Below, piece by piece: positions 12,501 through 24,770 of a stretch of 53,702 nt of DNA. The stretch lies in the NCBI GenBank assembly GCA_963575745.1, contig CAUYUJ010000296.1:62001-115702 (forward strand), given 5' to 3'. Source of the DNA: Prorocentrum cordatum. Lineage: Eukaryota. Made by a program: the position numbers and the translations under genes. A model generated the notes under the pieces. The model saw only the letters and a list, made by a program, of their open reading frames with translations. It was not told where the DNA came from and did not search any database. Each line of letters starts with the position of its first letter. Position 1 is the first letter of the stretch.

Positions 12501-15353
12501 CGTCGTCTCATTAGGCATCTGGGCAATCCCAGACTGGGTATTGTGAAACTGCACTTCTTGCTCAGACTCATTCTTAAGCCACCCGTGTATCTTCTTGGCC
12601 CCACCTTTCAGCCCGGTGGAGATCCAATCCCGCAGGGGCTGCCCGCCATTTTTCCGAGCCTCGCGACTGAGGATAGGCGCGCTGGCCCCGAGCGTTGGAA
12701 GTGAGCCAATCGGCCCACATCTGCGCGTGTTGTGGCTCTCCCAGCGGGCTTAAGTGATGATGAACTTCGGCTGCTTGGGCAGCCGACGTGGCCCCGAGTG
12801 CATGTAGGCGGTCGGCTCCACCGCGCCTAAGCGAACGAGCTAGGTCAACAAGTCTAGCAGAGATAGACGACCAAAAGGCGAAATCAGGGCACGCAGATCC
12901 CTGCTTGATGGTACCTCGTTGGGGAGGGGGCCCGAACCGAAGCTTGGCGCCAGAACCTCTGGCGCCTCGGGTGGGTTCCCGCTTGGCCCTCGACCTGGAG
13001 CGCGACGGGTTTCGGCCGCCGCGGACCCTTCCAAGTGCATTTTGCCCAGGTGTCCTGCGTGGGCATGCGCGTGGTATGACAGGGGAGCTCCTTCCACTTC
13101 CTGTGGCACTTGGTGGTCCTGGCTCGCACCAGCCCCCACTTCCTGCGCGTGGTGGCCCCGCTGTTGGTCAGGCCAAACTGCTGGCAAAAGGGAGGTGGCT
13201 TGCTTCGCTTGCAAACTTCAGCCTGCATGACTGCGTGAGGTAGCGTAGTATCTAATGGCGCATGGCTTCTTGGAGTGTTTCCAGATCAGCTTCAACGTGG
13301 ACAAATAACCCAAGATCATGGGGCTCAATGTCAGTACTCGTTTCACACGTATAGGTAACACTACTAGGTTCAATCACTCCCTCCTTCTCTTGCTCGCGGA
13401 AGCCACATTGATGCAGCGCGAGCGGTTCAACAATAAAGCCACCAACGAGGGCCCGCGGCATCTCGATCATATCAACGAAATCGGCGATCTGCTGGAGGCG
13501 CTTAACATTGGTGGCGTCTACTCCAACACCTGAAACCTGATGAGCCACCCCTGCTGCCAACGCAACACTTTTCGTCTTGATTTCCAGGAAGAACGGGGAC
13601 GCGCCAACTCCGATATCATGCGCTCCACCTGGGACCCCTCGAGGAAACCGTTCCATGTAGATGCCGTTCTGGGCCGCCGCGCCGACGCCTCCTTGAACGC
13701 AGCCTCCTGGTGGCGCTGCGGCAATCCGGAAATTGGGCCTCCGACCCATCTGTGCGCGCTCTCGCTCAGCGGCTTCGAGCCGCGCTTCGTCGCCCGCGTG
13801 ATGTTCAGAAAAGATAAGCGTCCGTGTCGGTCAGCGCCAAAGAGATGAAATCTTTCGCAAGCGGTGGCCCGCTAGCTGCGTCGGCCAACTTGAGACTCGA
13901 TTCTCGCCCGTGCTTGTTGCTGAAGCTGTTGCTGGACTGACTTGGGGGGTGGGCGGGGGTCGCGTTGCGCGCAAAAGCGGGTGCCAGAAGATCATTAACA
14001 TAGGCCGCCGCCTTGGGGCGGTGGGCCGTCTTGGCCCCGAACTTGTCGGTGAGGAGGGCCCCCAGCCGCTCCGGGTCGCCTGGGTCGACAGCGTCGGCCG
14101 TGCGCTTAAGCCTCGGCGCCTCGAGCTCCTTTGACCACTCTTCGTCGAGCAAGTCTTGTCTGCGTCATCGCCGATCCCGACGGGTCGTTCCTTGCCTCCG
14201 AGTTCTTCTTCGTTGTGAGCAGCTGGCCCTCCACCAGCGCCTTCTGCGCGAAGTAGATTACGCGCTGCCAGCTGGGCTGTGCGTAGAGCTTGCCATTCTG
14301 CGAGAGAAACTTGGGTGACGTCGGCAATGCGCCGCAGGTCGTCATCGTTGAACTCGCGAAGCCGATGTAGTAGATCAGGTTGGAAGGCTGCCGCGGCAGC
14401 GGCGGTGGCGGACCAGGGCGGGGCGCTCCCTGCAGCCGTTGGGCTGGCGGGGCTGGCCGCCTGACTGGCGGGGCAAGCCTCGCCGCCGTCGGGGTCAGGC
14501 GGCCTGGGGCCCCAAGCCCTCGCGGCCTCCGCTGCTGCCTGCTGCGCGCGCCTGTGCTCCTCCCCGTCGAACTGGGACTGGGTGGCTTTCGCTTCATCAT
14601 GCGTTTTGCGAGAGACCTCCAACTCGCTGGTAGCTTGTTGGTGCGCTCGCTGCTTCTGCCTCAGCCACGTTCGCACGATGTTTCGCCAACACCTGCTTCA
14701 CCGACTGGTACTGCCACGCCATCCTCCCCGATTTAGCCGCCTGCTCCACATCTTGAGCGGACTGGGTCCTCTTGGCCGCCGCGAGCGCGTCCAACTCAGT
14801 GGCGGGCGGCGGCCGACGGCGGCTGCGGGGGAAGCCTTGGCTGGCAGAAGAGCTTGAACGTGCTGCCGAAGACTTGGGAACGCATCAGTAGCTGCTTAAA
14901 CTTGCTGCGGAGGAATATATCAACGGACGTGCCATCTCATTGATAAACTGCTGGCGCCGATTCAGTTGAACTTTGTCGATCTGGGCACCCACACTTGGAG
15001 TGAGACCTGTCCCCAGTAGGTGTACTCCGAGTGCCCGCACTTGTTGTTGCCACTGTAGGGATAGCTCTGGTCCTCGGTTCGACGCTGCCGAGGCCGACGC
15101 ACACCACCTGCACCACGAGGGTGGCCAGCTTGAGAAGGCTGGCCCTGCCATACCCACGGCGCGCGGGTCCATTGCTGGCCATGCGCGCCCAGGTGCTCCA
15201 CCAAGAGCTCACAAAACTCAGCCCCCAGATAGCGTGCGGGCTTCTCTCTGGTAGCAATCTCGCTCTGCTAATGGGACTTGGGATTGCCACGCAGCTGCGG
15301 ACAAGCTCGAGGCCTCGCGGCAAGGTTTCGAACTTGAGCCAACATTCCTACGG
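9525..15353 (-). mobile_element. Decayed, apparently full-length non-LTR retrotransposon (LINE): ORF1-like, APE-like, RT and RNase H remnants
   Basis: Ordered frameshifted remnants: APE-like (GVGVDATNVKRLQQIADFV..PRALVGGF, about 13250-13750); RT (FLNIAAPLPK about 12180, VLVGCSQS, FAHVDDVTQ about 11680, VKDLGV about 11460); RNase H (QSPHRAELTA, FCTDY, WVKSH, ANAAADMFA, about 10050-10420); C-terminal Cys/His motifs; (GGA)n on both sides; 3' boundary approximate. Confidence 0.8.
15333..15353 (-). other. Degenerate DinoSL at the 5' boundary of the LINE
   Basis: CCGTAGGAATGTTGGCTCAAG vs CCGTAGCCATTTTGGCTCAAG, 18/21, directly abutting the flanking microsatellite. Confidence 0.8.
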
Positions 15354-16067
15354 GGAGGAGGAGGAGGAGAAGGAGGAGGAGGAGGAGGGGGAGGAGGAGC
15401 AGGAGGAGGAGCAGGGGGAGGAGGAGGAGGAGGAGGAGGAGGAGGAGGAGGAGGAGGAGGAGGAGGAAGAGGAGGAATATGAAGGGGAGGAGGATGAGGA
15501 TGAGGATGAGGAGGAGGAGGAGGAGGAGGAGCAGGAGCAGGAGGAGGAGGAGGAGGAGAGGCGGAGGCGAGGCGAGGAGAGGAGGAGGAGAGGAGGAGGA
15601 GAGGAGGAGGAGGGGAGGAGGAGGAGGAGGAGGAGGAGGAGGGGGAGGGGGAGGGAAGGGATGGAGTCGATTCTTGTTTCGGCAAGAGAGCATTCATGCG
15701 ACCAGCGCAATGAGCGCCCATGAGGCGGGGCGGCCCTGGGCGGCCATGAGGGGGAGCCACATCCCCCGACCCCAGCCATCGCACGGGGCGCCCCATGAGG
15801 CGCCCACGGGCGGCGAAAAAGCACCCCCATCACATTCCCCGAAAAGAGCCGAACTAAGCGCCCCCGAACGCGAACACTGTTTTGGTAGCGTCCTCCTCTT
15901 TCTCTCCTCCTCCTGCTCCTCCTCCTTCTCTTTCTCCTCCTCCTACCTCCTCCTCCTCCTCCTCCTCCACCTCTTCCTCCTCCTCCTCCTCCTCCTTCTC
16001 CTCCTCCTCCTCCTCCCTTCTACCTCCGAGGAAGGCGGTCCGATGACTCGCATGCGGAGGGGCGGTC

Positions 16068-16109
16068 CTCGTAGGTGCAGCGGGGCAGCGGCGACACGAG
16101 CCGGAACTC
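16068..16109 (-). CDS. UBX-domain protein, exon F (EFRLVSPLPRCTYE)
   Basis: ggag|GAG acceptor, putative GA donor; in frame with exon E; matches the UBX F-x-L-x-x-x-(F/L)PR motif; donor position uncertain. Confidence 0.7.
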
Positions 16110-16939
16110 CTCCAAAAGGATGCGGACGCGCAAGAGGGTCGCAGCGGGGACCGGCAGCGGGGAGGAGGCGGATAAGGGGGGAGGAGGCGAAAGAGGGAGG
16201 AAGAGGCGAAAGAGGGAGGATGAGGGAGGAGGAGGAGGAGGAGGAGGAGGAGGAGGAGGAGGAGGAGGAAGAGGAGGAGGAGGAGGAGGAGGAGGAGGGA
16301 GGAGGAGGAGGAGCAGGAGAAAGAGGAGGAGGAGGGAAGGAGGAGGAGAAGAGGAGGAGGAGGAGGAGGAGGAGGAGGAGGAGAGGGAGGAGGGGGGGGA
16401 GGAGGAGGAGGAAAAGGAGGAGGATGAGGAGGATGTGGATGAGGAGGAGACGGAGGGATGAGGCGGATGAGGGAGGGAGCAGGAGGAGGAGGAGGAGGGA
16501 GAAGGAAAACAGCAATAGGAGGAGGGAGGCGGAAGACCCCCATATCATTGAATTCCACCAGCACGCAGGAGGAGGGAGGAGGGAAGAGCGACGAGGAAGT
16601 TCTGGGATGTCCCTGCCATTGTGTGCGCACTATATGATCTGGAGGTCTTCCGCCTTCCTCCTCCTGCTCCTCTTCTCCTCCTTCTCTTCCTCCTCCCCCT
16701 CCTCGTCCTTTCAACGCACCTTTCCCTCGTCACGTCACCTCCTCCTTAGCCTCCTCCGCACCCCTCCCGCTCCTCCTCTCCTCCTGCTGCTGCATCTCTC
16801 CATCCCCCGCTCTGATCCTCCTTCTCCTCACTCCTCCTGCCGCTCCACCCGCTCTTCCCGCTCGCGCCCACACGCGCCCACAACGATAGGAAGATCCGCA
16901 GGGACAGCCTCAGTGAAACCAATAGGCTAGACATAGGCG

Positions 16940-19315
16940 CGGGCGGTCAAGGAGAACATGAATAGCACAGGGAAGAACGGCAAGAAGAGAGAAGAAGGGA
17001 CACAACTATTCAGAAGCAGACAAAGAGTGCCCCCACTCCAGCTCCTGCTCCAGCGCCAGGCCGTCCGCCCAGCGGACGAGAAGGCAGGATGAGGTGTGGG
17101 CCTTGCCTGCTGCCACCTGCTGCTAATGCCATCCTCATCGGCTCCACGGTGAGATCCCCCGGGTCTCCCATTAAAGGGCCGCTGTAACTCACCCAACTCC
17201 AGCGCCTAGACGGGAGGGGGCACTCTACATGGATGCGTGGGTGATGTCGCCTCAGATGGACACTCTTATGGAAAATGTTATATTGTTCACCTAGGCCGCC
17301 TCCGCCAGATGCGGACCCGCTCCTTCAATCCATGTCAAGGGAATCCACGACGCCCTGACCCATGGAGCGCACTTCAGCCTTGTAGCCTGGGATGCGGCCG
17401 TTGAGGTGCCAACACTGAACCCTAACTGGGTGCGCGCAGTCCTCCTCCACTTCTTGACCCTCGCCTTGAGCCTGGATGCCGAGGGACGAAATGGTGCCAG
17501 CCTGCGCCCGTCTGGTCCCCTCCATGTGGGGACGGGGCCAAGCTTGGGCTTGAGGGCGCACCTGGAGACGGGGCGTTGCTTGGGGCCTCGGGGCGAAGGC
17601 AAGGGCCCACTCACTCCTACTCCAACCATGGTCCTGCCCGCGAAACCAAATGTGCTCCTGCTGCTCCTGCTGGGCGTGCTGGTGCTTGTCCACGTCATTT
17701 GGGGAACCCGAGTAGTCCAACCCGTTGGGCGACCAGCGGAAGTCGGCCCCCAATTCCGACAACCTTGCTAAACTTGCTGTAGTTCTCGCAGGCGAGAAAC
17801 TTCGCAAGGTGGCGGGGCAGAACAGAGCAGCCGGAAACTCGAGACAAAGCTGCGAATGTCAAGAGAATGACCTGTGCCAACTTTGCGCGGGCACGGGGCA
17901 CTCAATGTCAGGGAACTCTTTGCTCCCGTGGTGAATCCGCCACATTCAATGGGAAATTGCCGCTGCCTTCGATCCAGCCTGAGTGTAAGGTATGATTATG
18001 CAGCCTGGTCGGTGTTACGACGTTCCTGACAACTGCTGGCTCCCGTCTGCAAGTCTTGTTTGTACCGGGTGAAACTGCCGCGCAAACAGTTCTCACATCT
18101 GAACTCTGGCCCGTGCCAAGTAGGACAATGCTTCGCGGCGGACACGCGGGGCTGGCGCTGCACCGTGGGTTTCTCCAATGGTTCGTATACGGCTTCGTTC
18201 GGTCACCAGGTGCTCACCGTGAGGCCTGCCCCCGCCGCCAGATCCTCATGCAAGCTGGCGCAAGCCTGCCATTTTGACAGTTGGCGGTTAGCTGCATGTG
18301 CAGCTGCTGCTTGCCCTGCGTGGTGGTCGGGGGCCCTCTTGCCTAAGGTGAGGAAGGTGCCCTCCTCGTCCGCTGCCTGCTCCAGCTTCCGACGGGCCTT
18401 GACCATCCTGAGCTGGGGCCAATCATGGAAGGAAGGTGTTACCGATTGCTCGCCAATCGGGGAAGGAAGGCATGTTACCATGCTGTCCCATGGAATGCTC
18501 TTGTAGGATTCATACACTTCATGAGGCCCGAGTAGTCCAGGATGGAAGGGGCCGTGCGTGGTTGCTGTGACCACCGAATTGCCATGACCAGGCTTCCATG
18601 TGCTGCGTTGCTGGAGTTATGGGGAAACCATCCTGGGAGAGGGGGCCTGGCCGCTTTGAACAATTGGTCCGGGGGAATGACCCGTGCTGCCCCGCAGCCA
18701 ACTCTCGAAATATACATTTTTCCCAGTTGGGTCCAGTGCACTTTCGTCGATCTGATGGGTCTGCTGTGCGCAGGCCTGATTTACAGGGGCCTTTGGCGCC
18801 GAAATGTTCTCGAGCACCCCGTCTTCTGCTACAACGGGGTTGGCCCAGGACGGGGGGCCCAGAGACGGCCGAACAACGGGTGACCTGGTCTGGCCGCTGC
18901 TGCGTGCTACGACGTCCCCCCGAGACCTCCTGCCAGAGCTCCTCGAGCATAAACGCGCCCCCAGATTCTGCGAATTACGGTGCCATCGTTCCCGCAATGT
19001 GGACATGCTCCCGTGCATCTGTATCCCCGCTGCTGTAAGTGCTGACATGGCGCGTGCGCGCCGCAGCACTCTGCCCGGCAATCCCTCCTCTGCCCAGCTG
19101 TCAGGCGCCTGGTTCGGGTAACAGTTCTTTGGGAAAGATCCTGCCCACCAAATTCCCTGAGAAACAAATGACTGGTCATTTGGGAACTTCTGCTGAACGT
19201 GCTCCTGAGCTTGGCGACAAGGGTCTTGGCTGCGTGCTCAATAAGCTGCGTGGGCTGCCGTCTGATCCCCGAATCGGGTCGGCGAGCGTGCGATCCAATT
19301 CCCCGCCCGAAGCCC
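16940..19315 (-). mobile_element. Heavily decayed, 5'-truncated LINE-like relic within the E-F intron
   Basis: Complex non-repetitive sequence with fragments resembling the LINE post-RT region (QNLGA..GRR about 18960, LDPTGK, TPTRLH about 18000); no intact ORF; boundaries approximate. Confidence 0.4.
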
Positions 19316-19430
19316 TCCTCTCTCCTCCTCCTGCTACTGCTCCTCCTCCTCCTCCTCCTCCTCCTCCTCCTCCTCCTCCTCCCCTCCTCCTCACTCCTCC
19401 CCCGCCGCCTCCGCCAGCGAGGGGCCGCTC

Positions 19431-19511
19431 CTGCGCCGCCAGCGCCTCCCCGGCCTCCGCCCGGGCGAAAAGGTAGATCTGCTCCACGGGGTCGGCGGCC
19501 CGGAAGGCCCG
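19431..19511 (-). CDS. UBX-domain protein, exon E (RAFRAADPVEQIYLFARAEAGEALAAQ)
   Basis: ccag|CGG acceptor, CAG|ga donor, 81 nt phase 0; continues RLK-RAF with the UBX 'D.V..IY.F' helix. Confidence 0.8.
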
Positions 19512-19989
19512 CTGGCGGCAGAGGAGGAGGGCGGAGGGCGGAGGGAGGAGGCAGGAGGGAGGAGGCAGGAGGGGGGAAGGCAGGAGAGAGAAAGGAGGAA
19601 GGAGGAAGGAGGGGGGAGGGAGGAGGGAGGAGGGAGGGAGGGAGGGAGGGAGGGAGGGAGGAGGTTGAGGAGGCGAAGGAGGAGGAGGAGGAGGAGGAGG
19701 AGGAGGAGGAGGAGAAGGAGGAGAAGGAGGGAGGAGGAGGGAGGGGAGGGAGGGTGGGGAGAGGAGGGAGGGAGGAGAGAGGAGGGAGGAGGGAGGAGGG
19801 AGAGGAGGGAGGAGGGAGGAGGAGGAGGGAGGAGGGAGGAGAAGGGAGGAGGGAGGAGGGGAGGGAGGGAGGAGGGAGGAGGGAGGAGGAGGAGGAGGAG
19901 GAGGAGGAGGAGGAGGAGGAGGAGGAGGAGGAGGATGAGGAGGATGAGGAGGATGAGGAGGAGGAGGAGGAGGAGGAGGAGGAGGAGGA

Positions 19990-20612
19990 CCAGTGTCAAC
20001 CCAAGAGGCACCAAAGATGTTGCCATTCACCCTCCCTCCAAACTCCCTCCTCATAGGCCCCTTACAACAGTTCATCTTTACTGAGGGAACTGCCTCGTTG
20101 GAAGGCAACTGTTTGAAGACCCTGAAGCATGCCAAGAGATTGTTCTCGGGATTCCAACGCCCCAGATCAACCTGACTGTTGCGTCTTAACAATCCTGAAT
20201 CGTGCCAGAACTCCATTCTTGGGAATTGATCACCGCGAATCAACATAACGTGTGCACCCCCATGGGCCTGAACCCGTCCGAAACAACATTTCTGGTACGT
20301 TGACCATGGGAACCCGTGAAACTCTTGCAACATTTTAATACGAAGGTGTGTGGCGCTAAGGCGAGAACCACACATCGAAAAGGAACCGCCCTCAAGCCGT
20401 GAAGCTCTTGCAAAGTTTTAAAACGGCTGTGCGCGGCGCTGAGGCGAGAGCCACATTTTGAAAACGGCGCGCCCTCACTGCGTGAAACTCTTGCGAATTT
20501 TTAAGACGAATGTGCGCGGCGCTAAGGCGAGCCACATGTTGCAAACCACCCGTCCTCCATAGGTGAAACTATTGCCAAACCTCAGAGTCTCAAGCGAAAC
20601 GCCCGGCCAGCC
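19990..20612 (+). repeat. Dispersed ~600-bp non-coding repeat family with internal gcgcggcgct(a/g)aggcgag subrepeats; other copies 21757-about 22200, 27269-27830, inverted about 51184-51870
   Basis: Shared start cagtg..aaccca.ga..ca.caa.gatgttg and shared end gcgaaacg.ccggcc.gcc (reverse complement at 51184-51210). Confidence 0.75.
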
Positions 20613-22889
20613 CTAAAAACAGGCTTCGAGGTTCGACAGAAATAACGTGCATACATACACAGATCCATAGGTTTACCACATATATATACATATGTATGAG
20701 GGGAAGGAATGGAGACAGAGGAGGAGAAAGAGGAGGGGGAGAAGGAGGAGGAGGAGGAGGAGGAGGAGAAGGAGGAGGAGGAGGAGGAGGAGGAGGAGGA
20801 GGAGGAGGAGGAGATGGAGGGGGAGGAAAGAGGAGCAGAGCAGAAGCAGGAGGAGGACGAGACGAGGATGATGGTGAGAAGGAGGAGGAGGAGGAGGAGG
20901 AGGAGGAGGAGGAGGAGGAGGAGGAGGAGGAGAAGAGGAGGGGAAGGGGAGGGGGAGGGGGAGGGGGAGGGGGAGGGGAGGAGGGGAGGAGGAGGAGGAG
21001 GAGGAGGAGGAGGAGGAGGAGGAGGAGGAGGAGGAGGAGGAGGAGGAGGAGGAGGAGGAGGAGGAGGAGGAGGAAGAGGAGACAAAAAAGGGAGGAGGAG
21101 GAGGAGGAGGAGGAGGGAGGAGGAGGAGGAGGAGGAGGAGGAGGGAGGAGGAGGAGGAGGAGAGGAGGAGGAGGAGGAGGAGGAGGAGGAGGAGGAGAGG
21201 AAGAGCAGGATCATGAGGAGGAGGAGGGGGAGGGGAGGGGATGAGACGGAGGAGGAGGAGGAGGAGAGGAGGAGGAGGAGGAGGAGGAGGAGGAGGAGGA
21301 GGAGGAGGAGGGGGAGGATGATGAGGAGGAGGAGGCGGAGAAGGTGGAGGAGAAGGAGGAGGAGGAGGAGGAAAGGAGGAAGATGATGATGAGGAGGAGG
21401 AGGAGGAGGAGGAGGATGGAGGAGGAGGTGAGGAGGAGGGGCGACATATGATGATGGTGACGAGAGAGGAGGATGAGGAGGAGGAGGAGGAGGAGGAGGA
21501 GGAGGAGGCGGAGAGGAGGAGGAGGAGGATGAGGAAGAGTAGCAGGAGGAGGAGGAGGATGAGGATGACGAAGAGGAGGAGGAGGACGAGGAGGAGGGGG
21601 TTGAGGAGGAGGAAGAGGAGGAGGAGGAGGAGGAGGAGGAGGAGGAGGAGGAGGAGAACGAGGAGGAGGAGGAGGAAGAGGAGGAGGAGGAGGAGGAGGA
21701 GGAGGAGGAGGAGAAAGAGGAGAGGAGGAGGAGGCGGAAGAGTAGGAGGAGGAGAACCAGTGTGAACCCAAGAAGCATCAACGATGTTGCAAGAAACCTT
21801 TTCTCTCAATTCTCTCTTCATATTTATCTAAAACACATTTTCATTGCGGAATAAATGATCCATTAGAAGACGACCGACCGAGAATCGCATATCGTGCCAG
21901 AAAGCTGTTCCTGGGACTTCAACGCCGCTAGTCAACGCGACTGTTGCGTCCTGGCAATCCTGGTGCTCGCGAATCGACCTGACTGTTGCGTCATGGCGCT
22001 CCCAAAGTGCGCCAGAGCGCCATTCCTGGGACTTCGGTCGTGCGAATCCTTCCGAACGGTTGCAAACTATTTCAAGCAAATGCGCGCGGCGCTGAGGCGA
22101 GAGAAGGGCAATCTCAAACGGACCCGCCTTCCATCCTCGCATTTTTTGCAAGCTTGTGAAGCGAATGTGCGCGGCGTTTGGGCAAACGCACCCAAGGAAG
22201 GAGCTGACACAGGGCAAGACTGCCGAGTACGTGAACGCCTGGGACCGTCCAGTCAACGACAAAATGATGGGGGTCGGGGTGGCTTCCCGTCCTCCGAAGG
22301 AAAGAAAATAGGTGGCGGCACGAGATGGAAACGGCTGTGCTATGAAGGCGGCGAGTCAGTGAGGGAAGAGAGAGGAGGTTGTTATTGCTTGTTTTTGTTT
22401 AAGGGGAGGGTTGCTTGCTTTGGGGGTGTGCTCCCCGCGAGACGGCGAGGGAGGCGGCGGACTCGAAAATTCGCCGACGGCACGGCGCGGCTCTGACAAG
22501 GGGGCCCCCCAAGCAAGCCCCAGAGAACCAGCGCTGATCCGGGGGCTCCGCGCGGCTCCCCGGGCCAGCCAGGCTGGACGAAGCCAAGACCTTGATAAAA
22601 CCAGACCACCGGGGTTCAGTCGGGGATCTCTGAAATCCATCGGTTCTGGAGAATATCGTGCGCCGCGGCCGTTCCAAAACTCTCCAGAACGCTTTGAGAG
22701 CGTTCCGGAGAGCTCTGGATCGGCTTCCGGCTGGACCTAGAACAGAAACACATCCTTCAAGAGCGTGAGACCCTATGCTGGCCAAAACTGAAGAACATTC
22801 GAGGGTACCCTCTCCCAGGATGCACAAGAACATCCAACAGACACGAAAAACATTAGGGTACCCTTCCCGAACCGACCTCGACCGTATGT

Positions 22890-23080
22890 AGAAGGAACAC
22901 GGCATGAGCATAAACTTTTGGCGCTCCGCGCAGATTTCTTGGATCCGCGCTGGACCCCCCTCCCTGGCGCGCGGAGCGCGCCAGGGGCGGCGCCAAAGGC
23001 GCCGCCAGGGGTGGCCCAGCGCGGATCCAAGAAATCCGCGCGGAGCGCCAACAGTTTATGTTTATGGCGTGTTTTCTTCT
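22890..23080. repeat. T-shaped palindrome: about 70-bp stem with two short internal hairpins
   Basis: Arms cataaacttttggcgctccgcgcagatttcttggatccgcgctgg / ccagcgcggatccaagaaatccgcgcggagcgccaacagtttatg; inner hairpins 22962-22986 and 22987-23005. Confidence 0.85.
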
Positions 23081-23203
23081 TCGAACAAGAACATCCAACA
23101 CACACGAGGAACATTAGGGTACCCTCCCCGAACCGATCTCGACCTTCTACCTCGGTCCGACCGTATCTCAGTCCCAATCTCGCCCAACCAAAGCCATGCC
23201 TAG

Positions 23204-23419
23204 AGGCCTCCGAAATGGGGTCGGAGTAAATGTGGTCGGGGGATCGCGCCGCATCGCCGATACGTCGGCGATGCATCGCCGATGCGTCGGCGATGCTTCG
23301 GCGACGTCGGCGAGGCATCGGCGCCATTGGCGTGGAGAAGTCGGGCTCCGCATCGAGCAGCATCGCCGCTGCGGCGCGATCCTCAGGCCCCATCTGCTCC
23401 GCCCCCATCTGGGAGGCCT
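23204..23419. mobile_element. MITE-like element with long imperfect TIRs and a catcggcgatg core, copy 1 (copy 2 at 26113-26342)
   Basis: Begins aggcctcc..atgggg, ends ccccatctgggaggcct; same layout in both copies. Confidence 0.65.
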
Positions 23420-23842
23420 AGGCATTAGGGCACCCTCCTCGAACCGACCTCGACCTTCTACATCGGTCCGACCGCAGCCCAGTCCCAGCCCCGCCCGACC
23501 AGAGCCATGCCATGCAGAGAGTCCGGGCTGGCCATGCAGCAGCTCCCGAGCCTGGGCCAGCTGGCGGACGGGCGGCGGGGGCCCGGAGGCCTCGCCGGCC
23601 AGGCCAGGGCACAGTCGGGCCGACCTACACAAGCAGCGCGAGCGTGGGGGATAGAATGCGAAAAGAACAACACAAACAAACACAACACCAAAACTGTAAA
23701 CGAGGACCGCACACGGCACCTGCCCGCGCCAACCCCACGCGAGCCCCGCGCCAACGCCACGCCAACCTGGTCAGGCCAGTTTGGCCCCTTTCCAGGCCTT
23801 TGCAGGGTCGGCGGATCGCGCCGCATCGCCGACGCTTGGCGG

Positions 23843-24013
23843 CGCGCACCGGGGGGCAGGGAGAGGGGAGAAGGCTTCTTAGAAGCACCTGTATCTAGAT
23901 GCAGGGCGGGCGGCTTCGAAGAAGCAGCCTCCTGCTAAGAAGCCGCCCGCCTTGCATCTAGATACAGGTGCTTCTAAGAAGCCTTCTCTCCTCCCCCTGC
24001 CCCCCTGTGCGCG
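23843..24013. repeat. Foldback inverted repeat, about 75-bp arms, about 21-nt loop
   Basis: gaaggcttcttagaagcacctgtatctagatgca and its exact reverse complement tgcatctagatacaggtgcttctaagaagccttc. Confidence 0.9.
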
Positions 24014-24770
24014 TGGCCGAGATGCATCAGCGACGGCGGGCTGTATCGCGCCGTATCGCCGATGCAGCAGTGATGCGGCGCGACCCTTCGAGCAGGGGAT
24101 TCACTACATAATCTTGATTGCCCCGGAACGTCTTGTCTTGTCGGACTTACAACACATGCGTATACGGTTCGTAGGTCTACGCACATTCTGCGGTCCTCTT
24201 CGCGGGTGCGACGACCACATCGACTCAGGGGCAAATCGAGGCTGACGTCGATCTCCAGCCCTCCGACCGCCACTGCTCGGGCCCTACATTGGGAGGCCTT
24301 GAAACAGGGCTAGGAGCGGGACAAATCGCTCCAGAGCGTTCTGGAGCGCTCTCGGAGCGTTCCGGAACGCCCTGGAGCGGCCGCGGCGCCCCATACATCC
24401 TCCAAGCCCGCCGATTCTCAGAGATTTCGAGTTATCCCGATCCGATTTTGTCCCGATCTTCGCGTCGTTTGAGGCCTGGCCCCTTTTCCCCATATGTTAA
24501 ATTTCGATTTCCCATGGAAAGCCTCAGGAAAACCCAAGGCAAAATGTACAGTAAAACAATTAAGGAACACCGAGCCCCTCCCCAACGAAAAGGGTTCCTT
24601 CTCCAGCGCCCCGACTGTAAACTGGGAGGCCTGGTACGTCGAGGCCCCGGCCCGGACCCGCGGAGCAGCTCCGAGACAGCGCGGGCCCGCGGAGGGCCTC
24701 GGAGATATCCGACGGCGCGAGAAGAAGAAGAAGAAGCCACCGCGAGAGGCACCGCGGCCGGAGCTTCGTG

